A stretch of 64,000 bases of DNA. Source: an uncultured Candidatus Rokubacteria bacterium. GTDB taxonomy: Bacteria > Methylomirabilota > Methylomirabilia > Rokubacteriales > CSP1-6. Below are positions 21,229 through 29,325 of this stretch, piece by piece. Both the position numbers and the translations under genes were made by a program. Where the stretch lies: the NCBI GenBank assembly GCA_963758635.1, contig CAVWWD010000003.1:832001-896000 (forward strand), read 5' to 3'. The notes under the pieces were generated by a model that had not been told where the DNA came from, searched no databases, and saw nothing but the letters and a program-made list of their open reading frames with translations. The first letter of the stretch is position 1, and the number at the start of each line of letters is the position of its first letter.

Positions 21229-21930
21229 TCAGAAGGTGGGCGCGAACTCGGTCGAGGCGCGGAGCTTGACGAAGTACTGCTTCAGACGGGCGAGGTCGTC
21301 GTCGGACACGAGGTCCGAGATCAGCGCGCAGAGCAGCCCCTGCTGCTTCCACAGGATGAGGCTGAACCCCTCCTCGCGCCGCACCACCGGCCGCCAGCGG
21401 TCGATCTGCACGCGCCCGCGATCGGGCAGCGTCACCGCCCCGCCGGGGATCATCACGTACGTCACGGAGTGACCGTCGTGCGCCTCGTAGCCGAACGAGA
21501 TGCCCCGATGCCCCTCGAGGTACGTCGGGTGCGCGCCCATGAGCCGGAGCTGCTCGTCGCCGAGGAACACGAGCTTCAGCACCACGCCGCTCTCGTCCAT
21601 GATCCGCGGCAGGTCCGCCGACACCACCTCGGGCTGGGCGTGCCCCCACGACAGCGTGCGCGCGTGCTCCGTGATCACCGCGCGGGCCAGCGGCTGGAGG
21701 GGATCCGCGGTGGGCCAGCTCGGCAGCGACTGCGCCATCAGGAGCAGCATGACCATGGCGGTGGCGAGCGCGGACAGCGCGGGCGCGAACCAGGGCGTCC
21801 ACCACCGGCGGGGCGGGGCGGGCTCGAGCGCCCGCAGCAGGGCGGCGCGGAAGCCGGGCGGCGCCGGGTGGCGCGTCAGCCGCTCGCGCAGCAGGCGCGT
21901 CACGTCGCCGTGCTCGGGCTCGTCGGCCAC
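21229..21930 (-). CDS. Transmembrane anti-sigma factor
   Basis: Coupled (TAGTG overlap) to an ECF sigma; HPAPPGFRAAL, one TM, RsiW-like periplasmic domain. Confidence 0.7.
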   Translation of the reverse strand: MADEPEHGDVTRLLRERLTRHPAPPGFRAALLRALEPAPPRRWWTPWFAPALSALATAMVMLLLMAQSLPSWPTADPLQPLARAVITEHARTLSWGHAQPEVVSADLPRIMDESGVVLKLVFLGDEQLRLMGAHPTYLEGHRGISFGYEAHDGHSVTYVMIPGGAVTLPDRGRVQIDRWRPVVRREEGFSLILWKQQGLLCALISDLVSDDDLARLKQYFVKLRASTEFAPTF

Positions 21931-22460
21931 TATCGGTTCCCCTCGTAGTCCTTCAGGTGCACCCGCAGCCGCTCCTTGGCCCGGAAGATCCTCGACTTCA
22001 CCGTGCCGACCGGGCACGCCATGATCCGCGCCACCTCCTCGAGCGGCAGGCCCTCGATCTCGGCCAGGAGCAGCGGGGTCTTGAACTCCTCCGGCAACCG
22101 CGACAACGCCCGATCGAGATCGGTGTGGGCCTCGGTGCTCTCACCGTCCTCGTCGGGGGCGTCGTGGAACATCGGCGCGCCCCCCTCCGGCACGCCGTCC
22201 TCCGAGAGGGCAGGCTCGCGCTCGCGCAGCCGGTAGAAGGTGAGAAAGGTGTTCCTCAGGATCTGAAACAACCAGGCCCGGAGATGGGTTCCCGGCTGGA
22301 ACCGGTGGGAGAACCTGAAGGCCCGGAGGTACGTCTCCTGGACGAGGTCCTGGGCCTCCGAGCCGTTCCGGGTCAGGTAGACGGCGAGGTTGTGGAGCGC
22401 GTCGAGATGCTCCAGGGCTTGCCGTCGGAACTCCTCGTCGTCGCTCAGCGCTCGAACCAC
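21930..22460 (-). CDS. ECF RNA polymerase sigma factor
   Basis: AQDLVQETYLRA; AWLFQILRN; EEVARIMACPVGTVKSRIFRA. Confidence 0.9.
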   Translation of the reverse strand: MVRALSDDEEFRRQALEHLDALHNLAVYLTRNGSEAQDLVQETYLRAFRFSHRFQPGTHLRAWLFQILRNTFLTFYRLREREPALSEDGVPEGGAPMFHDAPDEDGESTEAHTDLDRALSRLPEEFKTPLLLAEIEGLPLEEVARIMACPVGTVKSRIFRAKERLRVHLKDYEGNR

Positions 22461-22994
22461 CGGCGAGGGAATTCCGAGCTCTGCACGGCGTGCTCGTCGT
22501 CCAGCGCGGCCAGGAGCTCCTGGATCGTCTGGTAGAGCACGGGATGCTCAACGTCGGGCGCGAGGTCGGCGAGGGGGCGGAGCACGAAGCCGCGCTCGTG
22601 CATCAGGAGGTGCGGGATGTGCAGGTGCTCGGAGGCGCTGATGACCTCGTCCCCGTAGAGCAGGATGTCGATGTCCAGCGGGCGGGGCTGGTAGCGCCGG
22701 TCTTCCGGCGTGCCCGGGCCGCGCACGCGCCCGAGCCGGCTCTCGATCGACTGGAGCTCGGTGAGGAGGATCGGGCGGGGGCAGCGCGGTCTCGATGGCC
22801 ACCACGCAGTTGAAGAACCACGAGTCCTCGTCGACCGCCCTGCCCGGGCCCTGCTCCCACGGCTCGGTGCGGTAGAGCGGGGAGGCGTCGAGGAACTCGA
22901 CCTCGGGCAGCGCGCGCAGGAGCGCCACCGCCTCGCGCAGGAACGCGAGCCGATCGCCCAGGTTCGAGCCGATCGACAGGAACACGCGCGCCAT
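22445..22994 (-). CDS. folK: 2-amino-4-hydroxy-6-hydroxymethyldihydropteridine diphosphokinase (indel near 22775)
   Basis: FLSIGSNLGDR; SPLYRTEP; FFNCV; PRPLDIDILLYG; IPH..HERGFVL.PL. Confidence 0.9.
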
Positions 22995-22996
22995 TG

Positions 22997-23380
22997 TCAG
23001 CTCCGGCCGCCCGGCACGCCGCGCGCGCGGGTGATCTCCACGCCGGGGGTCACGTGCAGACCGCCCATCGGCGGCGTGAGCTTGCGCACGCGCACCCGCA
23101 CCTCGTGACACGGGAACTCGCCGAGCAGCATCTGCGCCACCATGCCGGCCAGGCGCTCGAGCAGGTTGACCCGCTGCTTGGTGCACACCTCGACGATGCG
23201 TGTCGCCACCAGCCCGTAGTCCAGGGTTGCCCGGAGGTCGTCCGACGCCGCGGCGGGCGCCAGATCCATGGCCAGCTCCGCATCCACCGAGAACCACGCG
23301 CCCACCGCCTGCTGATCGCGGGTGACGCCGTGGTGGCCGTAAAATCTGAGATCCTCGACGAGTATCTTATCAGAGGGCAC
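22997..23380 (-). CDS. folB: Dihydroneopterin aldolase
   Basis: FYGHHGV; DDLRATLDY; NLLERLA; adjacent to folK. Confidence 0.9.
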   Translation of the reverse strand: MPSDKILVEDLRFYGHHGVTRDQQAVGAWFSVDAELAMDLAPAAASDDLRATLDYGLVATRIVEVCTKQRVNLLERLAGMVAQMLLGEFPCHEVRVRVRKLTPPMGGLHVTPGVEITRARGVPGGRS

Positions 23381-23428
23381 GGTTGGGACCCTTGTTCCCG
23401 GCCGGATCGGCGTCGAGGGGCGCCGGAC

Positions 23429-24184
23429 CTACAGCTTGATCACGGGGTTGGTGAGGCTGCCGATCCCGTCGATCCGGATCTCGACGCGGTCGCCCGGACG
23501 CATCGGCCCCGCGCCGCCCGGGGTGCCGGTGGCGAGCACGTCCCCGGGCAGGAGGGTCATCACCGCGGACACCCGGGCCACGATGTCCTCCACGGGGAGG
23601 ACGAGCTCCTTGGTGTTGCACGCTTGCCGGCGCTCGCCGTTCAGGTAGGTCTCGAGCTCGGCGGCCGCGGGGTCGATGTCGGTGGCGATGCACGGGCCGA
23701 TGGGACAGAACGTGTCGAACGCCTTGGCCCGCGTCGTCTGCCCGCGCGCCTGCAGGTCGCGCGCCGTCACGTCGTTCAGGCACGTGTAGCCGAGGATGTA
23801 CTCGCGCGCCCGCTCCGGCGGGACGTGCCGGGCGCGCTTTCTGATCACCACCGCCAGCTCGCCCTCGAAGTCCACGCGCTCGGACTGCGGCGGCAGGATG
23901 ATCGGGTCGTCCGGGCCGCACAGCGCCGAGAAGGGCTTCAAGGCGATCGACAGGTCGGCGTGGGGCGCGCGCCCGAGCTCCTCCTGGCGCTCGCGATAGT
24001 TCCCGCCGACGGCGACGATCTTCGACGGGCTCACGGGGGTGAGGAGGACGACCTGCTTGAGGCCGTAGCGCTTGCGGCCCCGGCGGAACGCGTCGTACGG
24101 CGTGCCGGCGTACTCGACGATCTGGGCTCCCGCGATCGCGCCGTAGCGTATCTTGCCTGCCGCCTTGAACCTGACGATCTTCAT
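23429..24184 (-). CDS. Fumarylacetoacetate hydrolase family protein
   Basis: PSKIVAVGGNY; DFEGELAVVI; NDVTARDLQ; KAFDTFCPIGP; TLLPGDVLATGTP. Confidence 0.9.
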   Translation of the reverse strand: MKIVRFKAAGKIRYGAIAGAQIVEYAGTPYDAFRRGRKRYGLKQVVLLTPVSPSKIVAVGGNYRERQEELGRAPHADLSIALKPFSALCGPDDPIILPPQSERVDFEGELAVVIRKRARHVPPERAREYILGYTCLNDVTARDLQARGQTTRAKAFDTFCPIGPCIATDIDPAAAELETYLNGERRQACNTKELVLPVEDIVARVSAVMTLLPGDVLATGTPGGAGPMRPGDRVEIRIDGIGSLTNPVIKL

Positions 24185-24260
24185 GGCGCTCCTGCCATCG
24201 GCGCTCGACCCGGATGCGGCGACCCGCGCGCCCGGCCGCTGGGCCGGGGCGCTCGGCCGC

Positions 24261-25063
24261 TCACGCCAGCCCGAGGACGTCTTGCATCGAGTAGAGTCCG
24301 GGCCGCGCTCCGGCGATGAACCGGGCCGCGCGCAGCGCCCCGCGCGCGAACGTGTCGCGGCTGTGCGCGCGGTGCGTGAGCTCGAGGCGCTCGCCGAGAG
24401 CGCCGAAGGACACGGTGTGCTCGCCCACCACGTCGCCGGAGCGGAGCGAGAGCATGCCGATCTCCTGGCGGGTCCGCTCTCCCGGCATGCCCTGGCGGCC
24501 ATACACGCCCACGGCCTGGAGGTCGCGACCGAGCGCGGCGGCCACCGCCTCGGCCATGCCGAGCGCGGTGCCGCTCGGCGCGTCCTTCTTGAACCGATGG
24601 TGGATCTCGGTGATCTCAACGTCGTAGTCGTCGCCGAGCATCCTCGCCATGTCGCGCAGTACCCGGAACGCCACGTTGACGCCCACGCTCATGTTCGGGG
24701 AGAGGAGGATGGCCGCGCCGCGCGCCAGGGTGGCGACCTCCTCGCGCTGGGCGGGGAGAATCCCGTCGTTCCGATCACCGCGCGGCCGCCGATCCGTCCG
24801 ACCAGGCGGAGGTGCCCGAGGCTCGCCTCCGGCACCGAGAACTCGATCAGGATGCGGTCTCTGGTGAGGGCGCGCTCCGGATCCGCCTCGATGACGACTC
24901 CGGCGCGCCCGGCCCCGGCCACCTCGCCGGCGTCGCGCCCCAGGGCGGGGTGGCCGGGAGCCTCCAGGGCGCCGACGAGGCGGAGGTCCGGGTCGTCCGC
25001 GAGCAGCGCGACGAGACGACTCCCCATCCGGCCGGCCGCGCCGGCCACCACCACGTCCGCCAT
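24261..25063 (-). CDS. dapB: 4-hydroxy-tetrahydrodipicolinate reductase (indels near 24760)
   Basis: GAAGRMG; VIGTTG; EIHHRFKKDAPSGTA; VGEHTV; TFARGA. Confidence 0.92.
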
Positions 25064-25076
25064 GATCCGTCCGGGG

Positions 25077-25970
25077 TCAGGCCTTGACGAGACCGTGCTG
25101 CACGAGGATGCCGCGCAGGCGCGCCCGGTTGGCGTCGCTCATGCGGCACATGGGGAGGCGGAACTCCGGCTCGATCATGCCCATCATGGCCATCGCCTCC
25201 TTGACCGGGATGGGGTTCGTCTCGATGAACATGGCGCGGGAGAGCGGGAAGAGCCGGAGGAACAGGTCGCGCGCGAGCTTCCAGTCGCCGCTGAGCGCGG
25301 CGTGGGTCATGTCCGCGGTCTCGCGCGGCACGATGTTGGCGACGACCGAGATCACGCCCCGCCCGCCGACCGCCATGAGGGGCAGGGTGAGGTTGTCGTC
25401 GCCGGATACCACGCTGAAGTCCGCGCCGCAGGCGAGGATCACCTGCGTCATCTGGTCGAGCGAGCCCGACGCTTCCTTGACGCCCACGACGTTCGGGCAG
25501 TCCTTGACCAGGCGCGCGAGGGTGTCGGTCTCCACGTTCACCGCGGTGCGGCCCGCGATGTTGTAGACGAGGATCGGGATGTCCACGGCGTCGGCCACGG
25601 CGCGGAAGTGGCGGTAGAGGCCCTCCTGGGTGGGCCGATTGTAGTAGGGGTTCACCACGAGGGCGCCGGTGGCTCCCGCCTTCTTCGCGTGCGCGGTGAG
25701 GTCGATCGCCTCGGACGTCGCGTTCGAGCCGGTGCCCGCGATGACCTGCACGCGCCCGCGCGCGGCCTCGATGACCAGCTCGACCATGCGCTTGTGCTCG
25801 TCGTGGCTCAGGGTGGGGGACTCGCCGGTGGTGCCGCAGGGGACGATGCCGTCGGTCCCGTGCGCAACGTGGAACTCGACCAGCTCCCGCACCTTGGCCT
25901 CGTCCACCTTGCCGGCCTTGAACGGGGTGACCAACGCGACGATCGAGCCTTGGAATGTGGGTCGCATCAT
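25077..25970 (-). CDS. dapA: 4-hydroxy-tetrahydrodipicolinate synthase
   Basis: GTTGESPTL; PYYNRP; YNIAGRT; GVKEASG; NPIPVK. Confidence 0.95.
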   Translation of the reverse strand: MMRPTFQGSIVALVTPFKAGKVDEAKVRELVEFHVAHGTDGIVPCGTTGESPTLSHDEHKRMVELVIEAARGRVQVIAGTGSNATSEAIDLTAHAKKAGATGALVVNPYYNRPTQEGLYRHFRAVADAVDIPILVYNIAGRTAVNVETDTLARLVKDCPNVVGVKEASGSLDQMTQVILACGADFSVVSGDDNLTLPLMAVGGRGVISVVANIVPRETADMTHAALSGDWKLARDLFLRLFPLSRAMFIETNPIPVKEAMAMMGMIEPEFRLPMCRMSDANRARLRGILVQHGLVKA

Positions 25971-26022
25971 CGAGCCCTCCGTGTCTGCCGCGCCGGACGT
26001 TTCGAGGTGACGTGTGGATTCG

Positions 26023-26052
26023 ACTCTAGCACCGGTACCGCGACCACTTCAA
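26023..26052 (-). promoter_or_regulatory. Putative dapA promoter TTGAAG-N18-TAGAGT with extended TGn
   Basis: Read on the minus strand ~50 nt upstream of dapA. Confidence 0.5.
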
Positions 26053-26187
26053 GCCACGGGCGCGCGCGTCGCGCCGTGCGCGCGCCGCCGCGGCCGCTGG
26101 AGGCCCGGCGTCTGGCTGGCGCTCGGCGCTTGCGGTAGTATGACCCGGGTTTTCATCCCGCCAGCGGCGGGAATGGATGGCGAGACC

Positions 26188-26374
26188 CCATCCGCGTGGA
26201 CGCAGAGCCGCGGTGTTGGCCCGCTCGCCGATGTCACGATGCGCATCTTCACAGCAGGTGCAGGGGGACGTGAATGATCGGCGTGACGGCACTCCGCGTG
26301 TACGCAGAATCGCGGTGTTGGCCCGCTCGGCGATGTCACGATCCGCATTCCTTCACACAACCTGCAGGAGGACG
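26188..26374 (+). repeat. Dispersed motif family C, copies 3 and 4 in tandem (period 102 nt) in the lysA leader
   Basis: CCGCGTG..CGCAGA..CGCGGTGTTGGCCCGCTCG.CGATGTCACGAT.CGCAT..TGCAGG.GGACGTGA at 26192 and 26294. Confidence 0.9.
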
Positions 26375-26380
26375 TGAGCG

Positions 26381-27652
26381 ATGAGCGCGACCGCTTCCCC
26401 GACGGCCCGGCCCGAGTCCGGTCCGTTTCTCCGTGCCGAGGAGGCGGCCGAGGTCCGCGAGCGCTTCGGTACGCCGTGCTACGTCTACGATCGGCGTCTC
26501 CTCGAGGCGGCGGCGAAGGAGACGCTCGCGTTCCCGGCGCCGTTCGGGCTCACCGTCCGCTACGCGATGAAGGCCAACCCCTCCCGCGGCATCCTGGACG
26601 TGTTCCGCGGCCTCGGCCTCCACATCGACGCGTCGAGCGACTGGGAGGTGGAGCGCGCGCTGCGGGCCGGGTTCGCCCCCGGCGCGATCCAGCTCACGTC
26701 GCAGATGCCCTCGCGGTCCTTCGTCGACCACGCGCGTCGCGGCGTCCTGCTCAACGCGTGCTCGCTCCACCAGCTCGAGGAGATCGGCCGGCTCGCCCCC
26801 GGCGCCGAGGTCAGCGTCCGGATGAACCCCGGGCTCGGCACCGGGTCGACCAAGCGCACGAACACCGGCGGGCCCGCGTCGAGCTTCGGCATCTGGCACG
26901 AGTACGCCAGCGAGGTCGAGGCGGTAGCCCGGCGCCACGGGCTGCGGCTGACGCGCCTGCACAGCCACGTGGGCTCGGGCACCGACTCCGAGGTGTGGAA
27001 GCGCTGCGCCCGCATGACCCTGGACCTGGTGGCCCGGTTCGCCAACGTCCAGCAGGTGAACCTGGGCGGCGGCTTCAAGGTGGGACGGATGCCCGAGGAG
27101 CCCACCGTGGACCTCCAGGAGGTCGGCGGCCACGTCCAGCGCGAGTTCGAGGGCTTCCGTGACCGGGAAGGCCGCCGGCTCTCGCTCGAGATCGAGCCGG
27201 GCACGTTCCTCGTGGCGCGCGCAGGCGCGGTGGTGGCCACGTGCGTGGACGTGGTGGACACCGGCCGCGAGGGCTATCTCTTCGGCAAGCTCGACGCGGG
27301 CATGCCGGAGGTGACGCGCCCGTCGCTCTACGGCGCCCAGCACCCGATCGACGTGCTCGCCACCGGGCGCGACCAGGCCGCCGTCGTCTTCGTGGGGCCG
27401 TGCTGCGAGTCTGGCGACATCCTCACCCCGGCGCCGGGGGACCCCGAGGCGCTCGCGCCCCGCTGGGTGCCGCGTCCCCGCGTCGGCGATCTCGTCGTGG
27501 TGGGCGGAGCCGGCGCGTACTGCGCGGCGATGGCGACGATCAACTACAACTCGTATCCGCAGGCCCCCGAGGTGATGCGCGAGCTGGACGGCACGCTGCG
27601 GCTCTTGCGGCGCCGCCAGACGCTCGACCAGATCCTCGCCAACGAGGTCTAG
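26381..27652 (+). CDS. lysA: Diaminopimelate decarboxylase
   Basis: FGTPCYVYD; YAMKAN (PLP lysine); HSHVGSG; NLGGG; EPG; GPCCESGD; GAY. Confidence 0.9.
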   Translation: MSATASPTARPESGPFLRAEEAAEVRERFGTPCYVYDRRLLEAAAKETLAFPAPFGLTVRYAMKANPSRGILDVFRGLGLHIDASSDWEVERALRAGFAPGAIQLTSQMPSRSFVDHARRGVLLNACSLHQLEEIGRLAPGAEVSVRMNPGLGTGSTKRTNTGGPASSFGIWHEYASEVEAVARRHGLRLTRLHSHVGSGTDSEVWKRCARMTLDLVARFANVQQVNLGGGFKVGRMPEEPTVDLQEVGGHVQREFEGFRDREGRRLSLEIEPGTFLVARAGAVVATCVDVVDTGREGYLFGKLDAGMPEVTRPSLYGAQHPIDVLATGRDQAAVVFVGPCCESGDILTPAPGDPEALAPRWVPRPRVGDLVVVGGAGAYCAAMATINYNSYPQAPEVMRELDGTLRLLRRRQTLDQILANEV

Positions 27653-27659
27653 CGCGGAT

Positions 27660-27699
27660 CACCAAGGTGCGGGCGCCCGGGCTATCGCCCGCCTGCACC
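27660..27699 (+). repeat. REP-like GC hairpin, family B, copy 2
   Basis: Matches 6775-6813; a partial third copy lies at 28194-28221. Confidence 0.7.
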
Positions 27700-27731
27700 C
27701 GCGCCTGACTCACCAAGGTGCGCGCGAGGGC

Positions 27732-27876
27732 GGGCGGCGGGGAGGCACCTGGGGTCGCGGGACCACGCCGCACGCGTGCGCTGCCCCGTTGCGGCTGGGC
27801 TCCATCCGGGCGGGCGGGGTCCGATGACCGATGGAGGGGAAGGGCCGCCTCGACCCCAGGTGCCTCCCCGCCGCCC
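27732..27876. repeat. Perfect 26-bp inverted repeat enclosing 93 bp (MITE-like)
   Basis: GGGCGGCGGGGAGGCACCTGGGGTCG at 27732-27757; exact reverse complement at 27851-27876. Confidence 0.85.
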
Positions 27877-27912
27877 ACCCGCAACGCGCTGTTGACGTCG
27901 CCCAGCTGCGAG

Positions 27913-28191
27913 CGCAATAGCGGGGTCAGGCACTCGCGCAACACGCAACAGCGGGGTCAGGCACTCGCGCAACGCGCAACAGCGGGGTCAGGCACTCGCG
28001 CAACGCGCAACAGCGGGGTCAGGCACTCGCGCAACGCGCAACAGCGGGGTCAGGCACTCGCGCAACACGCAACAGCGGGGTCAGGCACTCGCGCAACACG
28101 CAACAGCGGGGTCAGGCACTCGCGCAACACGCAACAGCGGGGTCAGGCACTCGCGCAACACGCAACAGCGGGGTCAGGCACTCGCGCAACA
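27913..28191 (+). repeat. Tandem repeat, 9 x 31 bp
   Basis: Unit CGCAACAGCGGGGTCAGGCACTCGCGCAAC(A/G); contiguous with no spacers. Confidence 0.95.
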
Positions 28192-28230
28192 CGGCGGGCA
28201 CCCGGGCTATCGCCGGTCCGCGCTCTCGCG

Positions 28231-29325
28231 TCACTCGGCGCGGATGCGCGCCTCGTTGGAGCGCGCGCTCTCGTTGGGCCGCCGCGCCGCGTCCAGCGCG
28301 GTGACCACGTAGCGGTACACGCGGCCCGCCACGATGTCGCGGTCCACGAAGACGGTGGCCGGCGGCGCCGTGCTCCCGACGCGGACGAAGGCGTCGGTCT
28401 CCTCCGCGCGATACACCACGTAGCGGGTCACGTCGGCGTCGGGGCTCGCGTTCCACGCCAGCCGGACGGTGGCGGGCCCGGTGATGGCGAGGAGCGCGGT
28501 GGGGGCCGCGGGCGGCGTCGTGTCCACGGGGGTGACGCGCACCTCGGCGGACGGCGCGCCCAGCGCCCGCGTCGCGCCCGGGGCCAGCCGAACGGCGCGG
28601 ATCGCGTAGCGGTACGGGGCGTCGTTGTCCAGGCCACGGTCCACGTATTCCGTGCCCGTCACCGGCTCCGGCGTGATCGGCGCCAGGGCGCCGGCCTCGC
28701 CCTCTCCCGCGCCGCGGAGCACCAGGTAGCCGAGGTCGCCGGCCGCGGGTGAGCCGTCGATCAGCTCGGGCGGCGCCTTCCACGTGAGGGTCACGCTCGC
28801 GTCCCCCGGCTCGCCGGCGACGTCCCGCGGCGGGCCGGGCGCGGCCACGAAGTCCACGACGAGCCGCGCCGACGGCGCGCTGGACCGGCCCGTGGAGTCG
28901 ACGGCGGTCACCACGTAGACGTAGCGGCGGCCCGGGACGAGCTGGCCACGATCGATCCAGTGGGCGCCGCCGCGCGACACCTGGGCGTCGCCCGGGGCGT
29001 CCAGGCGGATCACCGCCACGTCGTCGTAGCCGACCACGCGGCCGCGGTGGAGCATCGCGGCCTTGGGCTCGGCGGCGGCGATCTCCTCGCGGCGGTGCAC
29101 CTTGAGGGTGGTCAGGTCGCGCAGACGCGAGTTGTCGACGCGCTTGTCGGGGTTGGCCCAGCCGAGCGAGACCGCCGAGCCGTCGATCGTCGCGGAGAGC
29201 GCGCTGGGTGCGATAGGCAGCCGGAGCTCCGGCGCCACCGGCGGCCCACTCTTGCCGCAGGCGACGGCGGCGAGGCCGGCGAGGCCGAGCGCGACCAGGG
29301 ACCGCGTCAGTCCCCGGCCGCTCAC
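28231..29325 (-). CDS. Fibronectin type III domain lipoprotein
   Basis: Lipobox AVAC-GKSGPP; repeated FN3 motifs (LTW..YRYAIRAV, DTTPPAAP, YRYVVTALD). Confidence 0.85.
   Translation of the reverse strand: MSGRGLTRSLVALGLAGLAAVACGKSGPPVAPELRLPIAPSALSATIDGSAVSLGWANPDKRVDNSRLRDLTTLKVHRREEIAAAEPKAAMLHRGRVVGYDDVAVIRLDAPGDAQVSRGGAHWIDRGQLVPGRRYVYVVTAVDSTGRSSAPSARLVVDFVAAPGPPRDVAGEPGDASVTLTWKAPPELIDGSPAAGDLGYLVLRGAGEGEAGALAPITPEPVTGTEYVDRGLDNDAPYRYAIRAVRLAPGATRALGAPSAEVRVTPVDTTPPAAPTALLAITGPATVRLAWNASPDADVTRYVVYRAEETDAFVRVGSTAPPATVFVDRDIVAGRVYRYVVTALDAARRPNESARSNEARIRAE

Noticed and set aside
26140..26380. Lysine riboswitch upstream of lysA
   Set aside because: No L-box consensus is recognisable, and the same motif precedes an unrelated glycosyltransferase.
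26274..26384. 36-codon ORF coupled to lysA as a lysine attenuator peptide
   Set aside because: It has no Lys codons and simply spans the second family C copy.
27913..28191. CRISPR array
   Set aside because: The units are contiguous with no unique spacers, and no cas genes are present.
27718..28752. 344-aa ORF with repeated RNSGVRHSRN units
   Set aside because: It is a translation of the 31-bp DNA repeat plus the antisense strand of the FN3 lipoprotein gene.
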